Positions 1 to 6,370 of a stretch of 10,139 nucleotides of DNA are shown here, one piece after another (within the stretch, counting starts at the first letter, position 1; the number at the start of each line of letters is the position of its first letter). The notes beneath the pieces were generated by a model, which was not told the DNA's origin, did not search any database, and saw only the letters and a list, made by a program, of their open reading frames with translations. This DNA is from a virus. The stretch is from the UHGV virus genome UHGV-0107762; one strand, 5' to 3'. Both the position numbers and the translations under genes were made by a program.

Positions 1-7
1 GCGGCCT

Positions 8-34
8 CTTTAGCATAACGTCATTGTGCGAACC
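8..34 (-). other. Degenerate dif-like sequence, inverted relative to the dif at 8404
   Basis: The minus strand reads GGTTCGCACAA-TGACG-TTATGCTAAAG: 9/11 matches to the XerC arm and 9/11 to the XerD arm of dif, but with a 5-nt rather than 6-nt central region. Confidence 0.3.
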
Positions 35-49
35 AAAATCTTTTAGATT

Positions 50-241
50 TTATTTTCCGCAAGCAGGGCAGACGTTTGCATCACCAAATTGCATTGTAGT
101 GCTTTTATTCACACTAAAACTTTCGAATCCTTCACGTAAGGATTTTTTTTCACCATTAAAAAGATATGTTGTAAATTCTTTTTTCTCCGCATCAGTCAAT
201 TGAAGCCAGAGAGCTTTGACTTGATCTACTTTATAACTCAT
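50..241 (-). CDS. Small hypothetical protein (63 aa) with C-terminal CPAC motif; downstream gene of a two-gene operon
   Basis: Internal ATG at 241 of the 50..283 ORF is preceded by a strong SD (AAGGAG, 6-nt spacer) that overlaps the TAA stop of the upstream gene (253-255), suggesting translational coupling. No homolog recognised. Confidence 0.45.
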   Translation of the reverse strand: MSYKVDQVKALWLQLTDAEKKEFTTYLFNGEKKSLREGFESFSVNKSTTMQFGDANVCPACGK

Positions 242-252
242 TTGTTTCTCCT

Positions 253-834
253 TTATTTCACGAGATTGCCACAATTTGTGCAACCTTTCCGCTTGTTAAA
301 TTTAGTCGGTATTTTATTGCAACGTACGCATTCTTTATTTTTCTTTACCAGAATGTCGAACATAATCCGTTTCTTATCATTATTGCTAACATATTTTTCA
401 TCTTCCTTGGCATTGAAGTCATCTTTTGATTTTATCACTGAAAACAAATGGTTAGCGGGTTGCTGGTTGCCTGTCTTTGATTTAAACATGCTCGACAGTT
501 CGCCATACAAATCAGTTAGGAGTTTATTGAAAGAGTATGATTCCAGATATCGAGATAAATTTTCATCAGTCTTCATGACCAGTGTGTATAAATTAGAAAG
601 CAAGACTATCACTGATAATATCCCTGTGCCCCAAACTAAAAAATCAAAATATTTGGAGCTGTGATCAACCGATGCGTATCCTCCAACTAGGACAGGGAGG
701 GCAAATGATAGATATTGGTTTATTTTTAAAAGTCGTTCGCTTTTTTTGATTTTAGTTTTTAAGTAGTCAGCTGTTCCCTCTGCGTAAAATTTCCTGAGGT
801 CCATTTCTTCATTCGGTTGCATACTCATCTTCAC
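253..834 (-). CDS. Hypothetical 2-TM membrane protein with C-terminal 4-Cys zinc-ribbon-like motif (CVRC...CTNC)
   Basis: 193-aa ORF: N-terminal amphipathic region, two hydrophobic helices (LSFALPVLVGGYASV and LVWGTGILSVIVLLSNLYTLV) separated by a short loop, then a Lys-rich tail with CxxC-x13-CxxC. Visibly AT-rich. Start is uncertain (GTG 834, ATG 828 or ATG 822; SD AAAGGTG lies just upstream). Confidence 0.55.
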   Translation of the reverse strand: MKMSMQPNEEMDLRKFYAEGTADYLKTKIKKSERLLKINQYLSFALPVLVGGYASVDHSSKYFDFLVWGTGILSVIVLLSNLYTLVMKTDENLSRYLESYSFNKLLTDLYGELSSMFKSKTGNQQPANHLFSVIKSKDDFNAKEDEKYVSNNDKKRIMFDILVKKNKECVRCNKIPTKFNKRKGCTNCGNLVK

Positions 835-900
835 CTTTCACAATATCAAACTAGCGCGGGCTGAAATTATAAAAAACCTGTAAATTCAAGTGATTGACAT

Positions 901-1323
901 TCACCAATAATATGAATTCCTTCTGTGCCACCAATAAAGCAGACCGTATCCGACGATAAGAATCCCGAAGAACATCAGAGACATTCCCCAGCCAGTTCCA
1001 TACCACGAAACCATATCATCGAAAACCAGCCCACCCGTTTCACGAACTCCGGCAGCTTCCTTAAGAATTGGCTTGAATATCGGAATCAGAAGGGCGATCG
1101 CCAGTGGAGCACCCCAGCGAACAAGACCAGTTTCCATTTTGATACCGAAAAAGATCCCCGCACCGACAACAAGCAGCCAGACTATCAGGCCAGGCGCAGT
1201 TTCCAGTGCTGTTTGCCATTCAACATCGAAAGTTTTCATTAGCCAGGCTACAACAGCCAGGCAGAAAGCAAATACGCCTACAACAACCAGTTCAACGCCG
1301 CTTGTTCCGTTATTTCTACTCAT
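901..1323 (-). CDS. Hypothetical small integral membrane protein (about 4 TM helices)
   Basis: 140-aa ORF with four hydrophobic stretches (LVVVGVFAFCLAVVAWL, GLIVWLLVVGAGIFFGI, GAPLAIALLIPIF, GMSLMFFGILIVGYGLLYWW). SD-like AGGA sits 8 nt upstream of ATG 1323. The overlapping + strand ORFs (925..1242, 1073..1363) look non-coding by composition. Confidence 0.55.
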   Translation of the reverse strand: MSRNNGTSGVELVVVGVFAFCLAVVAWLMKTFDVEWQTALETAPGLIVWLLVVGAGIFFGIKMETGLVRWGAPLAIALLIPIFKPILKEAAGVRETGGLVFDDMVSWYGTGWGMSLMFFGILIVGYGLLYWWHRRNSYYW

Positions 1324-1361
1324 CCTTTTGATCCTTTGTTACTGTTCAAAATTCGCACAAT

Positions 1362-1394
1362 AAAAAACGTGCAGTGTTGGTAATACTGCACGTT
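1362..1394 (-). terminator. Putative rho-independent terminator for the minus-strand 60-aa gene
   Basis: Perfect inverted repeat AACGTGCAGT / ACTGCACGTT (1366-1375 / 1385-1394) with a 9-nt loop. On the minus strand it is followed by a run of six T (complement of the A-run at 1362-1367). Lies 18 nt downstream of the stop of ORF 1412..1594. Confidence 0.5.
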
Positions 1395-1411
1395 TGTACC
1401 ATTCGTGGTAC

Positions 1412-1594
1412 TTAATCCTTTTGTTTGGCAGACATGAGATCTTCTGCTGCATCTTTAGAGTAGTTATCAATCAGATAACCTAAAATCTCTGTCCATGTAA
1501 TTGTTTTTCCTAGTTTTACACTGGCATTTATAGCCAGTCGTTCTAGTTTCATTTTTCTTTCTTCCGTCACGTTATAAGTCGTGCGCTTTGCCAT
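1412..1594 (-). CDS. Putative ribbon-helix-helix (CopG/Arc/MetJ-like) transcriptional regulator, candidate phage repressor
   Basis: 60-aa ORF MAKRTTYNVTEERKMKLERLAINASVKLGKTITWTEILGYLIDNY. The N-terminal beta-strand with alternating residues, helix, G-x-T turn and second helix follow the RHH pattern (compared with CopG from memory). Transcribed divergently from gII, analogous to rstR/rstA in CTXphi. Confidence 0.5.
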   Translation of the reverse strand: MAKRTTYNVTEERKMKLERLAINASVKLGKTITWTEILGYLIDNYSKDAAEDLMSAKQKD

Positions 1595-1620
1595 TTTTTA
1601 CGCTCGTTCAATGCAATATT

Positions 1621-1723
1621 TGAAGTGAGTATACATGCTCATGAACTCATATCATCCAATCCTCTTGAACTCACTAGCTCACTGGTGTAATGTTAAAACA
1701 CTAATGAACTACTGAACTCATGT
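1621..1723. promoter_or_regulatory. Candidate operator/promoter region between the divergent regulator and gII: repeated TGAACT(C/A) motifs plus a putative sigma70 promoter
   Basis: TGAACTCA at 1642-1649, 1666-1673 and 1713-1720, and TGAACTA at 1704-1710. AGTGAGT (1624-1630) is the inverted copy of ACTCACT (1669-1675). Possible -35 TTGAAC (1665-1670) and -10 TAATGT (1688-1693) with a 17-nt spacer, so one repeat overlaps the -35. Confidence 0.4.
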
Positions 1724-1763
1724 GTTAGTAAGTCGTCATTTTTGCAATTTTGAGGATTTATTC

Positions 1764-2816
1764 GTGATCGATTGGCTTACCGGGATTTTCCCTTGCACAC
1801 ACAAACCGCTTCCGGCGGGGAGTGTTGTCAGCGTTGATGCTGACGGTGCAATTGAGTGGGAAACCGTTAAGCGACTGACTGTTCGCGGTTCGCATGAAGC
1901 AACGATGAAAGTACGATCGATAGGATCTAATGGCGAAGGTAAAGCGACACATTTGTACATTGATGGTAATCCTTCCAAGTTTCTGCAGGGGCATTCTGTT
2001 GTTGGGTCGGATGATATACAAGGGCTCATGTTGACGGTCTATGCCAGGATTTTATCCTTATTGAATATTCCTCATGATTTAGCGTCTTATAAAGCCGTTA
2101 TGGCAGGTCAGTATAAAATTTCACGTATTGACATTAATTACATGTATTCATTATCTACGCTGGAAAATGTCAGATCATGGCTTTATGCCGCCGAATTTAA
2201 AGCTAAAACACGCCATGGTCGCGCATGTGGGAAAGGCGGTACAGTTTATTTAGGTAAAAACTCCCGTCGATGGAGTCTGAAATTTTATTCAAAATATGAT
2301 GAACACGTTTCTGGTAAAAAAGGGCACCAGATAGCCGAAGAGTTTGTACGAGCCGGGTTACTGGACTGGACGAAAGATAAATTACGTATTGAATTAACAT
2401 TAAGAACAACTGAGCTTATTGATTTAAATTTAACGCTTGGCGCTAACTGGAATATGAAAACACCACGTCAATTATTCTCTGAATATGTAGGGAGAATAGA
2501 AATGAATCAGAATGCTATTTTAAGTGATGAAAAAATAACGAAACTGCCAAGAAAAATACAGTCAACTTATTTACTTTGGAAACAAGGGGCTAACATGAAA
2601 GAAATGTTACCTCATAACACTTTTTATCGCCATAGAAGAGAATTGCTTTCGTTCGGTATCGATATTAATTTCTATTGTGATTCACCAGACTCTAATAACG
2701 TTGTTCCGCTAATAAGAACGCTGGAAGCCAAGCCAGCGGAAATCCCCTTATGGATTTATGAGAAAGGTTTTATTTTCGATTACAACCGTATTTCGCACGC
2801 CAGTAGCTGGCATTAA
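1764..2816 (+). CDS. gII: Replication initiation protein pII (rolling-circle nickase) of an Ff-like filamentous phage
   Basis: Translation shares blocks with M13 pII recalled from memory: N-terminal MID..., KFLQGHSVVGSDD vs KVLQGHNVFGTTD, KISRID vs TISRID, NNVVPL identical. Preferred start is GTG 1764 (SD GAGGA 7 nt upstream, gives MIDWL... like M13 MIDML...); the track ORF starts at an in-frame GTG 1722. About 350 aa, shorter than M13 pII. Confidence 0.9.
   Translation: MIDWLTGIFPCTHKPLPAGSVVSVDADGAIEWETVKRLTVRGSHEATMKVRSIGSNGEGKATHLYIDGNPSKFLQGHSVVGSDDIQGLMLTVYARILSLLNIPHDLASYKAVMAGQYKISRIDINYMYSLSTLENVRSWLYAAEFKAKTRHGRACGKGGTVYLGKNSRRWSLKFYSKYDEHVSGKKGHQIAEEFVRAGLLDWTKDKLRIELTLRTTELIDLNLTLGANWNMKTPRQLFSEYVGRIEMNQNAILSDEKITKLPRKIQSTYLLWKQGANMKEMLPHNTFYRHRRELLSFGIDINFYCDSPDSNNVVPLIRTLEAKPAEIPLWIYEKGFIFDYNRISHASSWH
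2502..2816 (+). CDS. gX: pX, in-frame internal restart within gII (replication regulator)
   Basis: In-frame ATG at 2502 preceded by GGGAGA. The product begins MNQNAILSDEKI..., matching the position and start of M13 pX (MNIYDD...). 104 aa. Confidence 0.6.
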   Translation: MNQNAILSDEKITKLPRKIQSTYLLWKQGANMKEMLPHNTFYRHRRELLSFGIDINFYCDSPDSNNVVPLIRTLEAKPAEIPLWIYEKGFIFDYNRISHASSWH

Positions 2817-2827
2817 AGGAAAGTAAT

Positions 2828-3145
2828 ATGTCTAATTATGGTCTTTTCGTTAAGGGTAAAATGTTGGGAGCCCGCCAACGTAATAAAGTTAATGGTCAGG
2901 GCTATTATAATGAAATTGGTATTGGCCTTGAAATACCTGATGGTTTTGGTGGTACAAAGCAGGATCAAATTATTATTCGAGTTTCTCAGGCTCTCGTTAA
3001 CGCAGGTCTAATGAACCAGGCGAATGCTTTCATTGGGAAATTAGTTCAAATTCCTGTCTATGTCCGTGCGTGGTCAATGGAGGGTAGGGAAGGTGTAACT
3101 TATAATGTTGCTTCCGATGGTGGCATCGCAGAGATCAAAGGTTAA
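2828..3145 (+). CDS. Protein in the gV position (presumed ssDNA-binding protein), sequence not recognisably Ff/IKe gV-like
   Basis: 105-aa ORF directly after gII with SD AAGGA upstream of ATG 2828, and directly before gVII. Gly-rich, no similarity to M13 or IKe pV as recalled. Function is inferred from position only. Confidence 0.55.
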   Translation: MSNYGLFVKGKMLGARQRNKVNGQGYYNEIGIGLEIPDGFGGTKQDQIIIRVSQALVNAGLMNQANAFIGKLVQIPVYVRAWSMEGREGVTYNVASDGGIAEIKG

Positions 3146-3147
3146 AT

Positions 3148-3234
3148 ATGGACGATGTTATTCAAATTTTGATAGCGTCTGGCATCGTTATTTCTTTTGG
3201 CCTCGGCGCGATTACTGCGGGGGTCTTTCGTTAA
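3148..3234 (+). CDS. gVII: Minor coat protein pVII
   Basis: 28-aa ORF MDDVIQILIASGIVISFGLGAITAGVFR. Hydrophobic; C-terminal GAITAGVFR resembles M13 pVII ...GIIAGGQR. Starts 3 nt after the gV-position stop. Confidence 0.7.
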   Translation: MDDVIQILIASGIVISFGLGAITAGVFR

Positions 3235-3329
3235 TGTATATCGTTTATTTCTTCGGGGCTTATACCTTTGGTTTTGCCCTTTTCTATGCGGTCGGTTCAT
3301 TTAAATCATTTTCTGACCGATTAATGTAA
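3234..3329 (+). CDS. gIX: Minor coat protein pIX
   Basis: 31-aa ORF MYIVYFFGAYTFGFALFYAVGSFKSFSDRLM. Its ATG overlaps the gVII TAA (TAATG) as in Ff phages; C-terminal SDRLM resembles M13 pIX ...TRLM.... This is the 3' part of track ORF 3105..3329. Confidence 0.7.
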   Translation: MYIVYFFGAYTFGFALFYAVGSFKSFSDRLM

Positions 3330-3348
3330 CCTTAATGGAGTTATTCCT

Positions 3349-3591
3349 ATGAAAATTCTGTCTACTGTTAAATATAAAATTGCTCTGGCTTCAACTGCGC
3401 TTTTTATTTCTGCAAGTTCTTTTGCGGCTGAAGGCGCTACAGGTGGTACTGATTATGCAGGTCAGGCAATGGATGCTTTGTTGACTCAGGCAAATGATCT
3501 CATTGGTAAAGTATGGCCTGTTGTTGTTGCTGTGGTTGGCGCTGGGCTTGCCATTCGTATTTTCAAAAAATTCTCTTCAAAAGCGGTTTGA
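3349..3591 (+). CDS. gVIII: Major coat protein pVIII precursor
   Basis: 80-aa ORF with signal peptide ending SFA/AEG (M13 has SFAAEG), an acidic N-terminal segment, a hydrophobic core and a basic C-terminus [12 protein letters not shown] (M13 IKLFKKFTSKAS; IKe-like as recalled). SD GGAG upstream. Confidence 0.92.
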   Translation: MKILSTVKYKIALASTALFISASSFAAEGATGGTDYAGQAMDALLTQANDLIGKVWPVVVAVVGAGLAIRIFKKFSSKAV

Positions 3592-3601
3592 ATTTCACTC
3601 A

Positions 3602-3624
3602 GGGGCACTCGTTGCCCCTTTATT
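3602..3624 (+). terminator. Rho-independent terminator after gVIII
   Basis: GC-rich hairpin GGGGCA-ctcgt-TGCCCC (3602-3618) followed by TTTATT. Ff phages have their main intrinsic terminator at this same position. Confidence 0.7.
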
Positions 3625-3637
3625 AAAGCGGGTTACT

Positions 3638-4927
3638 ATGAGAAGGAAAATATTAATTCTTTCCGCTGTCCTCATTTCTCCTTTTTCACATGCTGAGTCA
3701 TGGGAAAGCATTACTAAATCCACTTATCAAAGTTCTGCCTATGCTGAAAGTAAGCAAATAACCAATCAGGATGGCTCTAAGATAACGGTTTACTATATTG
3801 ATGCTGCTATGCAGGCCTCCGCTTGTCAGGGTGCTAAATCCAGTGCTCAGAGTGTATTTACTCGGATTAAACCAACTTATGAGGGTATCTGGCCTGATTC
3901 TGAATTCCGTCTTGTTTTTACTGGCGATTGTACTTACAGCGATTCACCAGGGCAGAAGGATAAATATTGGTCTTTAACGGCTTATATTGTTGGTAATATT
4001 CAGCGTTCTGTTCCTGATGAAAAACCTACTGACCCGACACCAGAAGAAATTTGTGAAGCGAAGCCGCCAGAAGAAGGTGTATTTAATAATGTTGATTCAT
4101 ATGATGGTGGTCGCTATATCTACTATAACGGCTGTGAATATGAGGCTACTGGTGTCATTGTTTGTCAGGGTGATGGTACTGTTTGCGCTGCAACATGGAA
4201 GCCTACAGGTGCTGTAGCTGACCCCTCTGATAAACCCTCAACCCCCCAAAATGGTGGTGGTGAGTCTGGCGGTGGTGAGTCCGGCGGTGGTGAGTCCGGT
4301 GGTGGTGAGTCCGGTGGTGGTGAGTCTGGCGGTGGTGAGTCCGGTGGCGGTAGTTCTGGCGGTAGTTCTGGCGGTAGTTCTGGCGGTGGCTCTAGTGGTT
4401 CCAGTCTTTCTAAAGGTGATATTCAGTCTGCGATCGAAGGTGCTTCACCCAAAATAGCCAGCGATATTCATGATAAATTAACGGAGAAAGACACTTCATC
4501 AGATGATAAAAAAAATGCCGATGAACAAACCAGGAATAATATAAATCGTCTTGACGATTCCATTAACAATCTTACGCGGGGGGCTGGCCGTTTTGCTGAC
4601 CCTTCAGGTGGTGATTCTCGTTATGGAAAGGGCGACTCTGAATTAGATGGCGCTTCTACTTTAGCTGATTCTGAATTGGGAATTGAAAAGGATTCTCACG
4701 GTGCTTTATGGGAAGCATTTTTAAATAAAGGTGCTATGCTGCCTAATTTACCCAATGGTAACGGCTGCTCTGATTTTATTATTTTTCCCGGAGAGGTTTA
4801 TCAGATTGATATTGGTTGCGATAAATTACTGACTATTAAAGATGTTCTTTCATGGGTTTTTTATTGCCTTACGTTCTGGTATGTCTTTACTTCTTTAACT
4901 TCATTGCTTCGCAAAGGGGGTGAGTGA
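3638..4927 (+). CDS. gIII: Attachment/adsorption protein pIII
   Basis: In-frame ATG 3638 gives signal peptide [46 protein letters not shown] matches the M13 pIII TolA-binding N1 motif GCLWNATGVVVCTGDETQCYGTWVPIG. A (GGGES)n/(GGSS)n linker follows, and the C-terminus (...[23 protein letters not shown]...[17 protein letters not shown]) parallels the M13 pIII C-terminal anchor. The track ORF 3494..4927 is a 5' over-extension. Confidence 0.92.
   Translation: MRRKILILSAVLISPFSHAESWESITKSTYQSSAYAESKQITNQDGSKITVYYIDAAMQASACQGAKSSAQSVFTRIKPTYEGIWPDSEFRLVFTGDCTYSDSPGQKDKYWSLTAYIVGNIQRSVPDEKPTDPTPEEICEAKPPEEGVFNNVDSYDGGRYIYYNGCEYEATGVIVCQGDGTVCAATWKPTGAVADPSDKPSTPQNGGGESGGGESGGGESGGGESGGGESGGGESGGGSSGGSSGGSSGGGSSGSSLSKGDIQSAIEGASPKIASDIHDKLTEKDTSSDDKKNADEQTRNNINRLDDSINNLTRGAGRFADPSGGDSRYGKGDSELDGASTLADSELGIEKDSHGALWEAFLNKGAMLPNLPNGNGCSDFIIFPGEVYQIDIGCDKLLTIKDVLSWVFYCLTFWYVFTSLTSLLRKGGE
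4253..4406 (+). repeat. Tandem in-frame codon repeat encoding the Gly/Ser/Glu linker of pIII
   Basis: Six copies of the 15-bp unit GGTGGTGGTGAGTCY (GGGES), then three copies of GGCGGTAGTTCT (GGSS) and a degenerate tail. Confidence 0.85.
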
Positions 4928-5268
4928 TGCCTTTATTATTAGGTATTCCTGCATTGTTGCGTTTTCTTATTGGTCTTGTTCCTTTGTTTATTGGCTATGT
5001 GGCGAGTTTTTTAGCTCGACTTGCTACCAGAACAGGATTAATCGCCTTTGCATTGGTCGCATTAATTACAACAACTGTTACGCTTTTAATGCAGTACCTT
5101 GCTGAGGTCATGTATAACGGTTTACCTGCTGATTTCTCCCATTTAATGGCGTCTGTATTGCCTGACCATTTTCAGGCGTGTGTTAACGTTATTATGGTTA
5201 CTCGTATCAGTGTTTTTGTTTTCGATTTAAAACAAAAATTTCTTGATTATGCAAACAGGGTGATTTAA
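4927..5268 (+). CDS. gVI: Minor coat protein pVI
   Basis: [17 protein letters not shown]... matches M13 pVI MPVLLGIPLLLRFLGFL...; also VFDLKQK vs IFDVKQK. ATG 4927 overlaps the gIII TGA (TGATG). The track ORF begins one codon earlier at GTG 4924. Confidence 0.9.
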   Translation: MPLLLGIPALLRFLIGLVPLFIGYVASFLARLATRTGLIAFALVALITTTVTLLMQYLAEVMYNGLPADFSHLMASVLPDHFQACVNVIMVTRISVFVFDLKQKFLDYANRVI

Positions 5269-6363
5269 ATGGCGGTTTATGTAGTAACAGGCAAATTAGG
5301 CTCAGGCAAGACACTTGTTAGTGTTTCCAGAATACAGGAAAGACTTGCTAAGGGTTGTCCTGTTGCCACTAATCTTGATCTTAAATTGCATAATATGCCT
5401 ATGGTTGGGCGTTATGCGAAAAAAACGCGCGTTATTCGCATTCCTGACAAGCCTTCATTAAATGATTTACTTGCTATTGGTATTGGGAATACATCTTACG
5501 ATGAATCCCGTAATGGCCTCCTTGTACTTGATGAATGTGGTACTTGGTTTAATTCCCGCTCATGGGGTGATAAAGACAGACAACCTGTTATTGACTGGTT
5601 TTTACATGCCAGAAAATTAGGCTGGGATATTATATTTTTGATTCAGGATATTTCGATAATGGATAAGCAAGCTCGTCTGGCGCTTGCTGAGCATGTTGTT
5701 TATTGTCGCCGTTCAGATAAATTAAACATTCCTTTTGTTGGCTCCATTATGAATTTGGTTTCAGGGGCGAGATTTTCTTTACCAAAGGTACACTTTGGCA
5801 TTGTCAAATATGGTGATAATGTTAATTCAATCACTGTTGATAAATGGATATATACAGGAAAATCTCTTTATTCTGCTTACAATACCAAACAAGCGTTCAC
5901 AGATAATTATCCTCATGGCGCATTTTCGCTTTTGCCACCATTTATCACGCACGGTCAATTTTCTGTTCACAGAGGATTTAATTATTATATGCGCCTCACT
6001 AAAATTTATTTTCGCAAATCGAACCGTCTTATATTAATGCTTTCTTTTTTGGCGCTGGGGCTTGCGTTTGGTTTCTGGCTCCAGTCTGGAAAGAATGTTG
6101 ATGAAATCTCAGCTATTAAATCTGCTTATGCTGAACAGGCGAGGGCGGTAACGCCTGATTCGTCCAGTGACTTACCCCGACTTTCTATTAATTCTTTTTC
6201 ACAACTTGGCTTTGACGTTTCCGTTACGTTTGTTGATGCAAAAGGTATGAAATATCAGTATTTTGATTTGATTAAAGATGGTTATTCCGTTGATATTAAA
6301 GATGCCTGTCGTGTTGTTATTAGAAAAGGCCGTTATTTACAGACTGTTACCTGTCAGGAGTAA
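5269..6363 (+). CDS. gI: Assembly protein pI (Zot-like morphogenesis ATPase)
   Basis: MAVYVVTGKLGSGKTLVSV (Walker A) is near-identical to M13 pI MAVYFVTGKLGSGKTLVSV. Further long matches include LLVLDECGTWFNSRSW, DWFLHARKLGWDIIFL and ALAEHVVYCRR. ATG follows the gVI stop directly. Confidence 0.93.
   Translation: MAVYVVTGKLGSGKTLVSVSRIQERLAKGCPVATNLDLKLHNMPMVGRYAKKTRVIRIPDKPSLNDLLAIGIGNTSYDESRNGLLVLDECGTWFNSRSWGDKDRQPVIDWFLHARKLGWDIIFLIQDISIMDKQARLALAEHVVYCRRSDKLNIPFVGSIMNLVSGARFSLPKVHFGIVKYGDNVNSITVDKWIYTGKSLYSAYNTKQAFTDNYPHGAFSLLPPFITHGQFSVHRGFNYYMRLTKIYFRKSNRLILMLSFLALGLAFGFWLQSGKNVDEISAIKSAYAEQARAVTPDSSSDLPRLSINSFSQLGFDVSVTFVDAKGMKYQYFDLIKDGYSVDIKDACRVVIRKGRYLQTVTCQE
5989..6363 (+). CDS. 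gXI: pXI, in-frame internal restart within gI
   Basis: In-frame ATG at codon 241 of gI gives MRLTKIYFRKSNRL..., which parallels M13 pXI MKLTKIYLKKFSRVL. 124 aa with one predicted TM segment. Confidence 0.55.
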   Translation: MRLTKIYFRKSNRLILMLSFLALGLAFGFWLQSGKNVDEISAIKSAYAEQARAVTPDSSSDLPRLSINSFSQLGFDVSVTFVDAKGMKYQYFDLIKDGYSVDIKDACRVVIRKGRYLQTVTCQE

Positions 6364-6370
6364 TATTATT

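Noticed and set aside
200-664. 154-aa + strand ORF overlapping the minus-strand operon
   Set aside because: Low-complexity, Leu/Phe-rich translation with no start context. It is antisense to a better-supported gene pair that has a strong SD and translational coupling.
894-899. Consensus TTGACA hexamer on the + strand
   Set aside because: No properly spaced -10 element, and it would drive transcription antisense into the 3' end of a minus-strand gene.
925-1363. Two + strand ORFs (925..1242 and 1073..1363) overlapping the 140-aa membrane protein gene
   Set aside because: Translations look like random polar sequence. The minus-strand ORF has a coherent TM pattern and an SD.
1671-1698. XerD-arm-like sequence TAATGTTAAAA (1688-1698) as a possible left att site
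   Set aside because: Only the XerD arm matches (9/11); the XerC arm and central region do not. The same bases are better explained as the -10 element of the putative gII promoter.
1736-2409. Minus-strand ORFs 1736..2029, 1758..2021 and 2203..2409 inside gII
   Set aside because: Antisense to a gene with clear homology to Ff pII. Typical shadow ORFs.
3105-3233. 5' extension of the gIX reading frame (track ORF 3105..3329)
   Set aside because: It overlaps the gV-position gene and gVII in another frame. Ff-like gIX starts at the ATG overlapping the gVII stop.
3494-3637. 5' extension of the gIII ORF overlapping gVIII and the terminator
   Set aside because: The extension runs through the gVIII 3' end and the terminator hairpin. 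An in-frame ATG at 3638 gives a canonical signal peptide.
3987-4457. ORFs 3987..4217 and 4251..4457 (68 aa of VVSP repeats) inside gIII
   Set aside because: Alternative-frame reading of the pIII coding sequence and its tandem Gly-codon repeat. This is a repeat artefact.
4920-6037. ORFs 4920..5105 and 5795..6037 within gVI and gI
   Set aside because: Out-of-frame overlaps of genes with strong Ff homology.
6278-6370. 5' extension of the gIV ORF into gI
   Set aside because: ATG 6371 directly follows the gI stop and gives a proper secretin signal peptide.
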